Positions 49,453 to 60,406 of a stretch of 64,000 nt of DNA are shown piece by piece. Within the stretch, counting starts at the first letter, position 1. Each line of letters starts with the position of its first letter. A program made the translations under genes and the position numbers. The notes beneath the pieces were generated by a model, which ran no database searches, was not told the origin of the DNA, and was given only the letters and a program-made list of their open reading frames with translations. Location: the NCBI RefSeq assembly GCF_044324785.1, contig NZ_CP172127.1. One strand, written 5' to 3'. This DNA is from Escherichia coli (GTDB taxonomy: Bacteria; Pseudomonadota; Gammaproteobacteria; Enterobacterales; Enterobacteriaceae).

Positions 49453-52400
49453 TCAACGAATACTGATGCCGGAAGCGGCTTTTTTGGTCACAATCACCGT
49501 ACAGTCGGTGATATTACCTGCCCACTGATTGCCTTTATGGAAAACCTTAAACTCCAGAGTGACGCTTCCCCTGCCACTAGGCATATCAATAACCGCACTG
49601 TAGCTACCGGGAATGGCCCCTTTAGTTTCTCTGGATGCGATTAATACACCGTTTTTGCGAACTTCAAAACCATAACCCGTGTATCTTGTACCTCCCGGGT
49701 TATTACCACTTCCCGGATCGCTATACGCTATTCCGTTAAAGATAATGGGCGGAATAATGATTTGACGGTCAAAGTTATGATCATCGCTGATGGTGACTGT
49801 AACCGTCCCGTTTGGTGTTTCCGTGTTACCCCACGTACCAGCCTGTTTCGGAAATGATTTGGATACAGCTTTAACGAAGTCACCTCTGACCTGAGTCGCC
49901 TCCAGCATGCCCTTAATCGTACAGTTCTGGTTAATCGTGACATTGTTGAGCGTTCCTGAGTTCGCATTCACACTACCACTGATATCCGCATTTTTAGCGG
50001 TCAGCTTTCCGTCTGATGTCAGGGAAAATACCGGAGGACTGCCACCGCTGGTAATGGTGGGGGCTGTCAGGCGCTTCAGGAACACGTCGTTCATGAATAT
50101 CTGGTTGCCCTGCGCCACAAACATCGGCGTTTCATTCCCGTTTGCCGGGTCAATAAACGCGATACGGTTAGCGGCAACCAGAAACTGGCTCAGCTTGCCT
50201 TCCTCCGTGTCCTCCATGCTGAGGCCAATACCCGCGACATAATGTTTGCCGTCTTTGGTCTGCTCAATTTTGACGCCCCACATGGCATTCCATTTATCGT
50301 TAGCGTCCTTCCACTCTTTCGAAAACTCATCCAGTCTGCTGGCGTTATCCTCCGTCAGATCAACTTTTTCCAGCAGCGCTTTACCGAGATGGGATTCGGT
50401 TATCTTGCCTTTGAAAAAATCCAGGTAACCTTCCGCATCATCGCTCGCCCGACCGACGGCCTCCACGAATGCCGATTTGCCAACGGTGTTCACACTGCGG
50501 ATATAAAAGTAATAATCATGGCCCGGTTTGATATTGATACTGGCGGCTATCCAGTACAGCGCCGTACCAAGATAGCGGGCTGTGGTTTCAACCTGCCTGA
50601 TATCGGTAATCCGCTTTTCCGAGAACCAGAACTCAAACTGTACCGTCGGGTCATAAACGGCAAGATGCGGCGTGGCGGTTATCTGAAAATAGCCCGGCGT
50701 CAGCTCAATCCTCGACGGTGCTGCCGGTGCGGCAATCCGGAACGATACCGACGCCGGATCGCCCTGCTGCCCCCACGCATTTACCGCCCGGACTGTCAGC
50801 CTGTAGTTCCCCAGCGCCAGTTGCGTGAAGCGGTATGTGGTTTCCGTCGTCCGGGCCGTGCTGACCAGCCGCTCACTGCCGTCATCCGCTGTTACGGTCA
50901 GACGGAGCAGGAAGCTCACGCCCTTCACCACCTTCGGCGTGTCCCAGCGCGCCAGCACCTGATATTCCCCGCTGTCTGCGGTGACTTCGGCGGTCAGGTG
51001 CTGCACCGCTGGCGGCGTGACACCATTCACCGTGCCGCTCTGGTCGCCGTCAAAGTGCGCCCCGTTATCCACGATGGCTTCTTTTTCCGGTACATGCTGC
51101 ACGGCAGTGATGGCATACGTGCCGTCATCGTTCTCACGGATACTCACACAGCGGAACAGGCGCTGACGCAACGTCGGCAACTTCAGCCCCCACACACTGT
51201 ATTCTGCAACGCCGTCAGGAACCCGGTTCACTTTCACCTTAAGTCCGTCGGTGACGGACTGAACCTCCACGCTGACCGGATTACCACTTCCGTCAACCAG
51301 GCTTATCAGCGTGGTACCGGAGGATGGCAGCGTGATTTCACGGTCGAGCGTCAGCGTCCGGGTCTGGCTGTTCACCGCCAGCACGCGACCACCGGTGCTG
51401 ATACCGGCATAGTCATCATCGCAGATTTCAATGACATCGCCCGGTACATGGCGAAGCCCTTCAGCACCCACGCTGAAATCCACGGTCTGCGTCTCCAGCA
51501 GTTCCGTTTTAATCAGCCACAGCCCGGCGCGGTGTGCCTGCCCCCGGCTGGTACAGCCAAAGGCATCCATCTTCGTGACATTACGACCGTAACGGGCAAT
51601 GGCCTGCGTATCTTCAACAAGCTCTGTCGCCGTCTCCCAGCCGTTGTTCGGGTCAATCCAGTTCACCTCAACGGCATTATGGCGGTCCTTCAGGGCGCTG
51701 AAGCTGTAGCGGAACGGCGCGCCATCATCCGGCATCACCACATTACTGCGGTTATAGGTCCACACCTTATCTGATGGTCGGTCCTGCACGAACGTCAGCG
51801 TCTGCCCGTTCCATACCGGCATACAGCGCATCGCCGAGCAGAAATCACTGAGCACATCCCACGCCTTACGCTGCGTGGTCAGGTAGGCATTACAGGTGAT
51901 GCGCGGCTCCGTGCCGCCAAAACCGTCCGGCACTGACTGGTCGCAGTACTGGCCGATGACATACAGCGCCCATTTATCCACATCCGCCGCACCAAGACGT
52001 TTCCCCATGCCGTAGCGCGGGTGGGTCAGCATATCCCACAGACACCAGGCCGGGTTGTTGCTGTATGCCGGCTTAAACGTTCCGTCACAGATACCGCTGT
52101 ATTGCCGCGTCTGCGGGTTATAGTTCGACGGCACCTGCAGAATGCGCCCGCGAAGATGATAATTACGGCTCACCTGCTGGCTGCCGAACTGCTCCGAGTC
52201 CACCTGCACGCCGACCAGTGCCGTGTTCGGGTAGCACTGTTTCACATCGATGATTTCGGTGTATGACGACCAGAGCGTTTTGTTCTGCAGCTGGTCTGTG
52301 GTGCTGTCCGGCGTCATCCTGCGCATCCGGATATTAAACGGGCGCGGCGGCAGGCTACCCACCACCACCGAGGCCAGATACTGCGAGGTGGTTTTGCCCT

Positions 52401-52866
52401 TAATGGTGATGTCTTTTTCCGTCACCCAGCCACCGTTACGTTGTATCTGAACCAGCAGACGGACTTCCGACGGATTCCTGTCACCCTTTGAGGTGGTTTC
52501 CACCAGTGCCTGTACACCGAAGGTAAAGCGCAGACGGTCGATGTTTGCAGACGTAATGGTGCGGGTGATCGGCGTGTCATATTTCACTTCCGTACCCAGC
52601 ACCGTCTCGGAGCCGGAGGATTCAAACCCCTCCGGCGGTGTCTGCTCCTGCTCACCGGCACGGAACACCACCGTGACACCGGAGATGTTGGTATTCCCCT
52701 CAGTGTCCAGCACCGGCGTACTGTTCAGCAGCACGCTTTTTAATCCATCCACCGGACCTTCAACCGGCCCTTCGCTGATGGCATCGATCACACTCAGCAA
52801 CTGCGTGGACTTCAGGTTGTCCTTCGCTTCGCGCGGGGTATGCCCCTTACTGCTTCCTTTACCCAT
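49453..52866 (-). CDS. J: Tail tip / host-specificity protein J with a non-lambda C-terminal domain
   Basis: 1137 aa, [34 protein letters not shown].... It tracks lambda J over roughly the first 980 residues, and the last ~150 residues differ from what I recall for lambda. Confidence 0.93.
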   Translation of the reverse strand: MGKGSSKGHTPREAKDNLKSTQLLSVIDAISEGPVEGPVDGLKSVLLNSTPVLDTEGNTNISGVTVVFRAGEQEQTPPEGFESSGSETVLGTEVKYDTPITRTITSANIDRLRFTFGVQALVETTSKGDRNPSEVRLLVQIQRNGGWVTEKDITIKGKTTSQYLASVVVGSLPPRPFNIRMRRMTPDSTTDQLQNKTLWSSYTEIIDVKQCYPNTALVGVQVDSEQFGSQQVSRNYHLRGRILQVPSNYNPQTRQYSGICDGTFKPAYSNNPAWCLWDMLTHPRYGMGKRLGAADVDKWALYVIGQYCDQSVPDGFGGTEPRITCNAYLTTQRKAWDVLSDFCSAMRCMPVWNGQTLTFVQDRPSDKVWTYNRSNVVMPDDGAPFRYSFSALKDRHNAVEVNWIDPNNGWETATELVEDTQAIARYGRNVTKMDAFGCTSRGQAHRAGLWLIKTELLETQTVDFSVGAEGLRHVPGDVIEICDDDYAGISTGGRVLAVNSQTRTLTLDREITLPSSGTTLISLVDGSGNPVSVEVQSVTDGLKVKVNRVPDGVAEYSVWGLKLPTLRQRLFRCVSIRENDDGTYAITAVQHVPEKEAIVDNGAHFDGDQSGTVNGVTPPAVQHLTAEVTADSGEYQVLARWDTPKVVKGVSFLLRLTVTADDGSERLVSTARTTETTYRFTQLALGNYRLTVRAVNAWGQQGDPASVSFRIAAPAAPSRIELTPGYFQITATPHLAVYDPTVQFEFWFSEKRITDIRQVETTARYLGTALYWIAASINIKPGHDYYFYIRSVNTVGKSAFVEAVGRASDDAEGYLDFFKGKITESHLGKALLEKVDLTEDNASRLDEFSKEWKDANDKWNAMWGVKIEQTKDGKHYVAGIGLSMEDTEEGKLSQFLVAANRIAFIDPANGNETPMFVAQGNQIFMNDVFLKRLTAPTITSGGSPPVFSLTSDGKLTAKNADISGSVNANSGTLNNVTINQNCTIKGMLEATQVRGDFVKAVSKSFPKQAGTWGNTETPNGTVTVTISDDHNFDRQIIIPPIIFNGIAYSDPGSGNNPGGTRYTGYGFEVRKNGVLIASRETKGAIPGSYSAVIDMPSGRGSVTLEFKVFHKGNQWAGNITDCTVIVTKKAASGISIR

Positions 52867-52926
52867 TCCTCACGCTCCATAAATGACAAAACCGCCCGCA
52901 GGCGGTTTCACATAAAACATTTTGCA

Positions 52927-53598
52927 TCAGCAACCAATCACCACAACCTGACCACCGTCCCCTTCGTCTGCCGTGCTGATCTCCTGAGAAACCACGCGTG
53001 ACCCCACGCGCATTTCCCCGTACAGAACAGGCAGAACATTGCCCTGGGCAACCATGTTATCCAGTGAGGAGAAATAGGTGTTCTGCTTACCGTTATCCGT
53101 TGTCTGTATACGGGGAGTTCTGGCTTTCGGTGCCAGCATCTGCGCCACACCACCGAGCACCATACTGGCACCGAGAGAAAACAGGATGCCGGTCATACCA
53201 CCGGCCCCAATGGCTGCCCCCCATGCTGCAAGGGTGGCTCCGGCGGTAAAGAATGATCCGGCAATGGCGGCAGCCCCCAGGACAATCTGGAATACGCCAC
53301 CTGACTTGGCCCCGGCGACTCTGGGAACAATATGAATTACAGCGCCATCAGGCAGAGTCTCATGTAACTGCGCCGTTAACCCGGACGTGCTGACGTCCCG
53401 CCCGGCAATCCGTACCTGATACCAGCCGTCGCTCAGTTTCTGACGAAACGCCGGGAGCTGTGTGGCCAGTGCCCGGATGGCTTCAGCCCCCGTTTTCACA
53501 CGAAGGTCGATGCGGCGACCAAATCGTTGTAAATCCCCGTAAAGGCAGATGCGCGCCATGCCCGGTGACGCCAGAGGGAGTGTGTGCGTCGCAGCCAT
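52927..53598 (-). CDS. I: Tail tip assembly protein I
   Basis: 223 aa, MAATHTLPLASPGMARICLYGDLQRFGRRIDL..., recognisable as lambda I. Confidence 0.93.
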   Translation of the reverse strand: MAATHTLPLASPGMARICLYGDLQRFGRRIDLRVKTGAEAIRALATQLPAFRQKLSDGWYQVRIAGRDVSTSGLTAQLHETLPDGAVIHIVPRVAGAKSGGVFQIVLGAAAIAGSFFTAGATLAAWGAAIGAGGMTGILFSLGASMVLGGVAQMLAPKARTPRIQTTDNGKQNTYFSSLDNMVAQGNVLPVLYGEMRVGSRVVSQEISTADEGDGGQVVVIGC

Positions 53599-54239
53599 TT
53601 GTCGGTGTACCTCTCTCGTTTGCTCAGTTGTTCAGGAATATGGTGCAGCAGCTCGCCGTCGCCGCAGTAAATTGCGGCGTGATTCGGCACTGATGAACCA
53701 AAACAGCACAGCAGCACATCGCCCGGCTGTGCCGCTGACAACGGCACCTGATACAGCCCCGTCGCCTCCAGATTATCCAGATAGAGATTCTGGCCGTTAC
53801 GCCACCAGTCATCCTCACGATGAAAGTCCGGCATCTCAATCCCCGCCAGATGATAAGCATCCCGGAACAGTGTGTAACAGTCCGTCACACCGTGCTCAAA
53901 GCGCCGCCCGGTGAGATGCGGCACACAGCGGAACTTATGAATCGTCCCCCGGCAGACCAGCCACCACGGCAAATCACTCTGCACCTGCAGCCGCCGGTCG
54001 GCCTCACTCAGCCAGGGCAGACCACCGGGGTGGCTGTGGACCAGCGCCACAATCTCACCCTGCATTTCTGCCTGCAGCCAGTCTTCCGGCGACATACGGA
54101 AATACGCCTCCGGCTCACCGGAGATATTCACGCAGGGGAAATATCTTTCCCCCTCCGGCGTGCTTACCACGAAGCCGCACGACTCCGCTGGCGCACATCG
54201 CCGGGCGTGCGCCAGAATCGCTGATTCTGTCTGTGTCAT
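53496..54239 (-). CDS. K: Tail tip assembly protein K (MPN/JAMM plus NlpC/P60-like)
   Basis: 247-codon ORF MTQTESAILAHARRCAPAESCGF... with HSHPGGLPWLSEAD. The classical 199-aa lambda K annotation would start at the internal ATG at 54095. It overlaps I by 103 nt, as in lambda. Confidence 0.88.
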   Translation of the reverse strand: MTQTESAILAHARRCAPAESCGFVVSTPEGERYFPCVNISGEPEAYFRMSPEDWLQAEMQGEIVALVHSHPGGLPWLSEADRRLQVQSDLPWWLVCRGTIHKFRCVPHLTGRRFEHGVTDCYTLFRDAYHLAGIEMPDFHREDDWWRNGQNLYLDNLEATGLYQVPLSAAQPGDVLLCCFGSSVPNHAAIYCGDGELLHHIPEQLSKRERYTDKWLRRTHSLWRHRAWRASAFTGIYNDLVAASTFV

Positions 54240-54244
54240 GGGAT

Positions 54245-54943
54245 TTACTGCGAAAGTTTGTTAATGGAAAGGAAGCCGCCAAAGTTGCCGACGTTATTGC
54301 GGAACTTACAACCGCTCAGGCATTTGCTGCATTTATCCTTCGTGATATCGGACGTTGGCTGGTCATATTCATCCGCGACAGCCGGACCGCTATAACCGCA
54401 CTCGTCACCGCGATAGGTCCAGGTGCAGGTGTTGGCCAGCATGATACGTCCCGGAAAAACAGCGCCATCCGTTTCCGTCGGCGTGGACAGTACAAAGGAG
54501 GCACTCACCGCGCTCAGTTCGCTGCACTGCTCAATGCGCCAGCGGCTGATCACCTCCTGCTCCGGATCGGCGTAACTGTTTCCGTTGACGAAGTTCACCG
54601 CATCCAGAAAACGGGCGTAAACCTTACGCCGGACCACCGTTCCGCCGACCAGACTCTGCATATCTTCCGCCATCCCGGTGACCATACCGTACAGGTTAGA
54701 AACCGTCAGCGTGGGGCGCGTACTGGTGCCTTTGCCATTCAGTTCAAAACCGCTCCCCTGAATGGGATACGGCTGATACTGTCGCCCCTGCCAGGTGACC
54801 GGCTCACCTTTTTCGTTCTGCTCATTACAGAAAAAATAACGTTCTCCACCGACCTCTGTCAGGTCGATTTCCCAGAGCACCACGCTGGCCGACTGCTCCG
54901 CACGGGTGCATTCATTCAGTGTTTCCTGCCGGATATCCTGCAT
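54245..54943 (-). CDS. L: Tail tip protein L
   Basis: 232 aa, MQDIRQETLNECTRAEQSASVVLWEIDL..., in lambda order and of lambda size. Confidence 0.92.
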   Translation of the reverse strand: MQDIRQETLNECTRAEQSASVVLWEIDLTEVGGERYFFCNEQNEKGEPVTWQGRQYQPYPIQGSGFELNGKGTSTRPTLTVSNLYGMVTGMAEDMQSLVGGTVVRRKVYARFLDAVNFVNGNSYADPEQEVISRWRIEQCSELSAVSASFVLSTPTETDGAVFPGRIMLANTCTWTYRGDECGYSGPAVADEYDQPTSDITKDKCSKCLSGCKFRNNVGNFGGFLSINKLSQ

Positions 54944-55272
54944 CAGTTCACCACCTGTTCAAACTCTGCGCTGAACTCAACACGCAGCATACTGACCCGC
55001 GACGACCATTTTGCGCAGGTCACCTTTATCTGCCGCCACTCATAAGGCGGCGTCCACAGAAAGGATTTCCAGCCCCCGTGCTCTTCCAGAAACGACTCCA
55101 GTACCGTGGCCTCCTCACGGGGGACAGAAAGCGTCACGCTGTACGTTTTCAGGTTGGCATTCAGCCCGGCAGGCGCTCGCTGAGAATAGCCATCACCAAA
55201 GCGCACCTTTCTTACAGAAGGGACCGAAGCCACATCCATACCGGGTTTCACTTTCCAGCGGAAGGTCTTCAT
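54943..55272 (-). CDS. M: Tail tip protein M
   Basis: 109 aa, in lambda order and of lambda size. It overlaps the H stop and the L start. Confidence 0.9.
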   Translation of the reverse strand: MKTFRWKVKPGMDVASVPSVRKVRFGDGYSQRAPAGLNANLKTYSVTLSVPREEATVLESFLEEHGGWKSFLWTPPYEWRQIKVTCAKWSSRVSMLRVEFSAEFEQVVN

Positions 55273-57830
55273 CGTCCACCTCCGGAGAACAGGCCACCAT
55301 CACGCATCTGTGTCTGAATTTCATCACGGGCACCCTTGCGGGCCATGTCATACACCGCCTTCAGAGCAGCCGGACCTATCTGCCCGTTCGTGCCGTCGTT
55401 GTTAATCACCACATGGTTATTCTGCTCAAACGTCCCGGACGCCTGCGACCGGCTGTCTGCCATGCTGCCAGGTGTACCGACATAACCGCCGGTGGCATAG
55501 CCGCGCATCAGCCGGTAAAGATTCCCCACGCCAATCCGGCTGGTTGCCTCCTTCGTGAAGACAAACTCACCACGGTGAACAATCCCCGCTGGCTCATATT
55601 TGCCGCCGGTTCCCGTAAATCCTCCGGTTGCAAAATGGAATTTCGCCGCAGCGGCCTGAATGGCTGTACCGCCTGACGCGGATGCGCCGCCACCAACAGC
55701 CCCGCCAATGGCGCTGCCGATACTCCCGACAATCCCCACCATTGCCTGCTTAAGCAGAATTTCTGTCATCATGGACAGCACGGAACGGGTGAAGCTGCGC
55801 CAGTTCTGCTCACTGCCGGTCAGCATCGCCGCCATATTCTGTGCAATACCATCAAAGGTCTGCGTGGCTGCACTTTTTACCTGCGACATACTGTCCGTGG
55901 CGCTCTCTTCCCACTCACTCCAGCCGGACTTCAGGCCTGCCATCCAGTTCCCGCGAAGCTGGTCTTCAGCCGCCCAGGTCTTTTTCTGCTCTGACATGAC
56001 GTTATTCAGCGCCAGCGGATTATCGCCATACTGTTCCTTCAGGCGCTGTTCCGTGGCTTCCCGTTCTGCCTGCCGGTCAGTCAGCCCCCGGCTTTTCGCA
56101 TCAATGGCGGCCCGTTTTGCCCGTTGCTGCTGTGCGAATTTATCCGCCTGCTGCGCCAGCGCGTTCAGGCGCTCCTGATACGTAACCTTGTCGCCAAGTG
56201 CAGCCAGCTGGCGTTTGTACTCCAGCGTCTCATCTTTATGCGCCAGCAGGGATTTCTCCTGTGCAGACAGCTGGCGACGTTGCGCCGCCTCCTCCAGTAC
56301 CGCGAACTGACTCTCCGCCTTCCACAAATCCCGGCGCTGCTGGCTGATTTTCTCATTTGCTCCGGCATGCTTCTCCAGCGTCCGGAGTTCTGCCTGAAGC
56401 GTCAGCAGGGCAGCATGAGCACTGTCTTCCTGACGATCGCCCGCAGACACCTTCACGCCGGACTGTTTCGGCTTTTTCAGCGTCGCTTCATAATCCTTTT
56501 TCGCCGCCGCCATCAGCGTGTTGTAATCCGCCTGCAGGATTTTCCCGTCTTTCAGTGCCTTGTTCAGTTCTTCCTGACGGGCGGTATATTTCTCCAGCGG
56601 CGTCTGCAGCCGTTCGTAAGCCTTCTGCGCCTCTTCGGTATATTTCAGCCGTGACGCTTCGGTATCGCTCTGCTGCTGCGCATTTTTGTCCTGTTGAGTC
56701 TGCTGCTCAGCCTTCTTTCGGGCGGCTTCAAGCGCAAGACGGGCCTTTTCACGATCATCCCAGTAACGCGCCCGCGCTTCATCGTTAACAAAATAATCAT
56801 CCTTGCGCAGATTCCAGATGTCGTCTGCTTTCTTATACGCAGCCTCTGCCTTAATCAGCATCTCCTGCGCGGTATCAGGACGACCAATATCCAGCACCGC
56901 ATCCCACATGGATTTGAATGCCCGCGCAGTCCTGTCTGCCCAGGTCTCCAGCGTGCCCATGTTCTCTTTCAGGCGGCGGGTCTGGTCATCAAACCCTTTC
57001 GTTGCGGCCTCGTTCGCCGCCTGCAATGCCCCGGCTTCATCGCCGGAACGCTGCAACTGAGCAACATACGCAATCTGCTCCGCCGTCACGTTATGGAACT
57101 GGCGAGCCATCGCCGTCAGCCCCGACGTCGGGTCTGTGGTCAGCTTCCCGAAGGCTTCAGCGACCTTGTCCACCTCCACGCCGGATGCAGAGGAGAAACG
57201 CGCCACACTCTGGCTGATGGACGCAATCTGAGCCTCACCGCTTACCCCCGCCTTAACCAGTGCGCTGAGTGACTCGCTGGTCTGGTTAAACGTCAGCCCT
57301 GCCGCCTGCCCGGCTCTGGACAGGACCAGCATACGATCTGCCGTCAGTCCCGCCTGATTGCCGGAAAGGACCAGCGTTTTGTTGAAATCGGACAGGGTTG
57401 AGTTGCCCTGATACCAGGCATACGCCAGCGCACCGGTCGCCACCGCCAGCGAGGTGGCCCCCACCATCGGCAGGGTGATCGCACCGGCAAGCCCCCTGAA
57501 CATGGGGATCATCCCGCCGAAGGAGTCCTTCACCTGCCCCCCCTGTTGCAGCAGGATCAGCCACGGACTTTGCCCGCCTGCAAGCTGCGTGGCCACGTCG
57601 GTGAACTGTGCAGGCAGCATACGCATGGCGGCTTTATACTGCCCGACGGAAATCCCCGCTTTCTGTGCAGCCAGCGCCTGTCGGCTCAGCGACTGTTCAA
57701 CGACTGCCGCTGTTTTTTTCGCATCACTTTCCGTACCGGAAAAATGACGCCTGACTCTGGCCATCTGCTCGTCAAATCTGGCCGCATCCAGACTCAAATC
57801 AACGACCAGATCGCCTACCGGTTCAGCCAT
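55269..57830 (-). CDS. H: Tape measure protein H
   Basis: 853 aa, the same length as lambda H. MAEPVGDLVVDLSLDAARFDEQMARVRRHF.... Confidence 0.93.
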   Translation of the reverse strand: MAEPVGDLVVDLSLDAARFDEQMARVRRHFSGTESDAKKTAAVVEQSLSRQALAAQKAGISVGQYKAAMRMLPAQFTDVATQLAGGQSPWLILLQQGGQVKDSFGGMIPMFRGLAGAITLPMVGATSLAVATGALAYAWYQGNSTLSDFNKTLVLSGNQAGLTADRMLVLSRAGQAAGLTFNQTSESLSALVKAGVSGEAQIASISQSVARFSSASGVEVDKVAEAFGKLTTDPTSGLTAMARQFHNVTAEQIAYVAQLQRSGDEAGALQAANEAATKGFDDQTRRLKENMGTLETWADRTARAFKSMWDAVLDIGRPDTAQEMLIKAEAAYKKADDIWNLRKDDYFVNDEARARYWDDREKARLALEAARKKAEQQTQQDKNAQQQSDTEASRLKYTEEAQKAYERLQTPLEKYTARQEELNKALKDGKILQADYNTLMAAAKKDYEATLKKPKQSGVKVSAGDRQEDSAHAALLTLQAELRTLEKHAGANEKISQQRRDLWKAESQFAVLEEAAQRRQLSAQEKSLLAHKDETLEYKRQLAALGDKVTYQERLNALAQQADKFAQQQRAKRAAIDAKSRGLTDRQAEREATEQRLKEQYGDNPLALNNVMSEQKKTWAAEDQLRGNWMAGLKSGWSEWEESATDSMSQVKSAATQTFDGIAQNMAAMLTGSEQNWRSFTRSVLSMMTEILLKQAMVGIVGSIGSAIGGAVGGGASASGGTAIQAAAAKFHFATGGFTGTGGKYEPAGIVHRGEFVFTKEATSRIGVGNLYRLMRGYATGGYVGTPGSMADSRSQASGTFEQNNHVVINNDGTNGQIGPAALKAVYDMARKGARDEIQTQMRDGGLFSGGGR

Positions 57831-58257
57831 ACCGGACTCCTCCTGCGATCCCTTCTGATACTGTCATCAGCATTACGTCATCCTCCGTCATGTCCGCCAC
57901 ATCCGGGGAAGCGGGGATAACTTCATTCCCGTCCGGGCCAAAGCGGACACCTCCGGCAAGCCCTGCCGCTTTCTGCATCAGCACATCATCTTCAGGCTCT
58001 TCGTCAGCCTCGCGCCGGTTCAGCAGACTGAAATCCAGCGGATGCATATCCGGATCGCTGAAAAACAGGCTGAGCACGGTGTACGTCAGCCCGGAAAAGT
58101 GCATATCCAGCAGAACATCATGAAAATAATGGGTACTGTAAAAGCGGTGCCAGTCGGCATACTCCGTGGATGACATCCCGGCAAGCATGGCACGCCAGTC
58201 GGGTCGCCCCATCTCACGCGCCAGTTTCAGGGCAAAACTCAGCTCACCGTCGAACAC
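57823..58257 (-). CDS. T: T reading frame (expressed as the G-T fusion by -1 frameshift)
   Basis: 144-codon frame overlapping the end of G, in lambda order. The slippery site lies in the overlap. Confidence 0.85.
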   Translation of the reverse strand: MFDGELSFALKLAREMGRPDWRAMLAGMSSTEYADWHRFYSTHYFHDVLLDMHFSGLTYTVLSLFFSDPDMHPLDFSLLNRREADEEPEDDVLMQKAAGLAGGVRFGPDGNEVIPASPDVADMTEDDVMLMTVSEGIAGGVRYG

Positions 58258-58661
58258 TTTCCCGCAGAAACAGGCTCTGCGGGCCCGGCGTCCTCTGTCT
58301 GTTCAGGGGCATTATTCACCACAAACTCATACATACCAGACAGCCGGTACACCACGTTTTCAGCATGAGAAATTGCCTCCGTGGGCCAGGTGGTAAGCAC
58401 TTCCTGCTCAATCTGTTTAACGGCTTCATTCATGGACGGCATCTGCGTCTTCTGCGGATGGTTATGCCACAGGGACATCGCCACCAGAAACGCGCCGGTT
58501 CTGATGGCGTCTTCCACAGTAAACTTCCGGTTGCTGTCTGACTCCGCCTGTTCTGCCTGCCGTTTCATCAGGGCGAGATGCTCAATGCGCTGCAGGGCTG
58601 ACAGTTCAGAAAGCGTGACGGTCACACCGTTATGTTCAAATGATTCGGTTTTCAGGAACAT
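58239..58661 (-). CDS. G: Tail assembly chaperone G
   Basis: 140 aa, MFLKTESFEHNGVTVTLSELSALQRIEHLALMKRQ..., ending ...SAGKCSTVS as in lambda G. Confidence 0.92.
   Translation of the reverse strand: MFLKTESFEHNGVTVTLSELSALQRIEHLALMKRQAEQAESDSNRKFTVEDAIRTGAFLVAMSLWHNHPQKTQMPSMNEAVKQIEQEVLTTWPTEAISHAENVVYRLSGMYEFVVNNAPEQTEDAGPAEPVSAGKCSTVS
58257..58263 (-). promoter_or_regulatory. Programmed -1 ribosomal frameshift heptamer G GGA AAG (G to G-T)
   Basis: The minus-strand sequence gcG GGA AAG tgt was read in the G frame, five codons before the G stop. It is identical to the lambda slippery site. Confidence 0.85.
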
Positions 58662-58676
58662 CGCTGACTCTCCGGA

Positions 58677-59417
58677 TTAACTGGCGGTGACGGTAATTTC
58701 TGCAACCGCAGCAAACTCACCATTACCGGATACAACCGGAATGTTGACCTTGCCTGCAGCAACGCCGTTCACGGTGATGGTCATACCACTGACCGACACG
58801 GTGGCTTTTGTTTTATCCGCAGACACCGCACGAAAGCTCTTGTCGGTTACGCCCTCCGGCTGGAAGGCCACGGTCAGCGTGGTGCTCTGCCCTTTCACCA
58901 CCGAGGTGCTGGCAGGCGTCACGGTCATGCCGGTTGCCGCTGTTACCGTGCTGCGATCTTCTGCCATCGACGGACGTCCCACATTGGTGACTTTCACCGT
59001 GCGGGTGATCACTTCCTTCGCCGTCACCGCCTTACCGATACTGCTGACCCAGCCACGGAACACATCGACCGTGCCGTTCGGGAAGCGGATTTTATAGGCA
59101 CGGGTATCGCCTTCATTAAACCACGCCAGCAGCGCCTGCTGCCCCTGCTCTCCGGGCATCCACGCCAGCGTGAAGCTGGTATCTCCGGCAGATTTCTGCC
59201 CCTGCCCGGTCGCAGTCCAGTCTGCATCTTCATCATCGAGATAGCTGTCGTCATAGGACTCAGCGGTCAGTTCGCCGGGCGTCAGGTCTTTAACTTTTGC
59301 CAGACGCGACCAGTCAACGTCTGAAAGCGGATTCGCATAAGGGTCACCGCTCCCCTTATAAACCCACAGGGTGGTCCCGGCACCTTTCACCGGCATTGTA
59401 GGATTTGGTACAGGCAT
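58677..59417 (-). CDS. V: Major tail tube protein V (with C-terminal Ig-like domain)
   Basis: ATG at 59417 gives [33 protein letters not shown]... (246 aa), recognisable as lambda V. Confidence 0.93.
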
Positions 59418-59424
59418 AGCGTCC

Positions 59425-59820
59425 TCACATTTCATAGGTAATGACATAAGTCAGATCGGCTGAACTCCACAGGCCCGCATCATCGTCGCGCCGGTAGTCA
59501 TAGCCGCTGGCCACCATACTGGTGATCAAATCTGACAGTGCCGGGATATCGCTCATCACCGGATAAATCCGGGACTCCATCCACGCATCCAGCTCTGAAT
59601 CCGGCACCTGAGCAGGCAGGAAAACTTCGATATGCAGCTCCGCCTGCCAGGTATCGCTGTCCAGCTCTTCGCCCGTGTATTCAGCGCCGGTGAGATAAAC
59701 GGCAACTGCCGGAAAATCCGCCTCATCAAAAACAGCGGGGCGACCATCAAAAAACGTCGCCCCGGTGTCATGCTTCTCCAGTGCATCCAGTACGGCTGCA
59801 CGGAGTTCAGTATGTTTCAT
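59425..59820 (-). CDS. U: Tail terminator protein U
   Basis: 131 aa, [33 protein letters not shown]..., in lambda order and of lambda size. Confidence 0.92.
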
Positions 59821-60395
59821 CGCTTTATTACCATCCTCAGTTGATGCTGCAGCGCATAGCCCAGCTCTTTCGGAAGACGTTCACGCCGTATCCGCTCAAT
59901 ATTTTGTTTAAACGCCGTGGTCAGCGGCTCCGCCATCGGGATTTTCACCACATCAATGGGGTAACGGTTTTTCCCGGCCACACGCTGCATGACATGCCAC
60001 CGGCCATTTTTCAGTTGCTGAATAAACGCGCCGGGAATACGACGGTTACCCACCACAAGCACGCTGCCGCCACCTTTCAGGGATGAACGCTGCCCCTTTT
60101 TACGACGCCTGCGGCGCGAAAGGACAACCCGCGCATTACCCAGCTTGATTACGGGCAAATCCCCCCGGTTAACTTTGATTCTGGCCTGCGGATTTTTGAC
60201 CGTGGCCCTTTTCAGCCTGGCCCTTTCCTTTACCAGTTTCCGGCGTACCTTTGTCTCACGGGCAACCTGTGACGCCGACTGCGATATCGCGGATGAAGCA
60301 ACGCGGTTAATGGCCATTGCGGCGGCACCAGGCACCGCCGTTTTGCTGATACGGCTGAGGTTTTCAACGGCCTGCTCAAGACCTTTTATGGCCAT
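59817..60395 (-). CDS. Z: Tail completion protein Z
   Basis: 192 aa, in lambda order and of lambda size. Confidence 0.9.
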   Translation of the reverse strand: MAIKGLEQAVENLSRISKTAVPGAAAMAINRVASSAISQSASQVARETKVRRKLVKERARLKRATVKNPQARIKVNRGDLPVIKLGNARVVLSRRRRRKKGQRSSLKGGGSVLVVGNRRIPGAFIQQLKNGRWHVMQRVAGKNRYPIDVVKIPMAEPLTTAFKQNIERIRRERLPKELGYALQHQLRMVIKR

Positions 60396-60406
60396 ACATC
60401 CCCCTT

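Noticed and set aside
50242-51774. 510-codon plus-strand ORF antisense to J. Similar ORFs lie opposite H, cusA, cusB, vgrG and nfrA (for example 56124-56654, 8519-9190, 10865-11563, 17157-18023, 36752-37264).
   Set aside because: Each overlaps a recognisable, full-length conserved gene on the other strand. The translations are Arg/His/Pro-rich nonsense typical of shadow ORFs.
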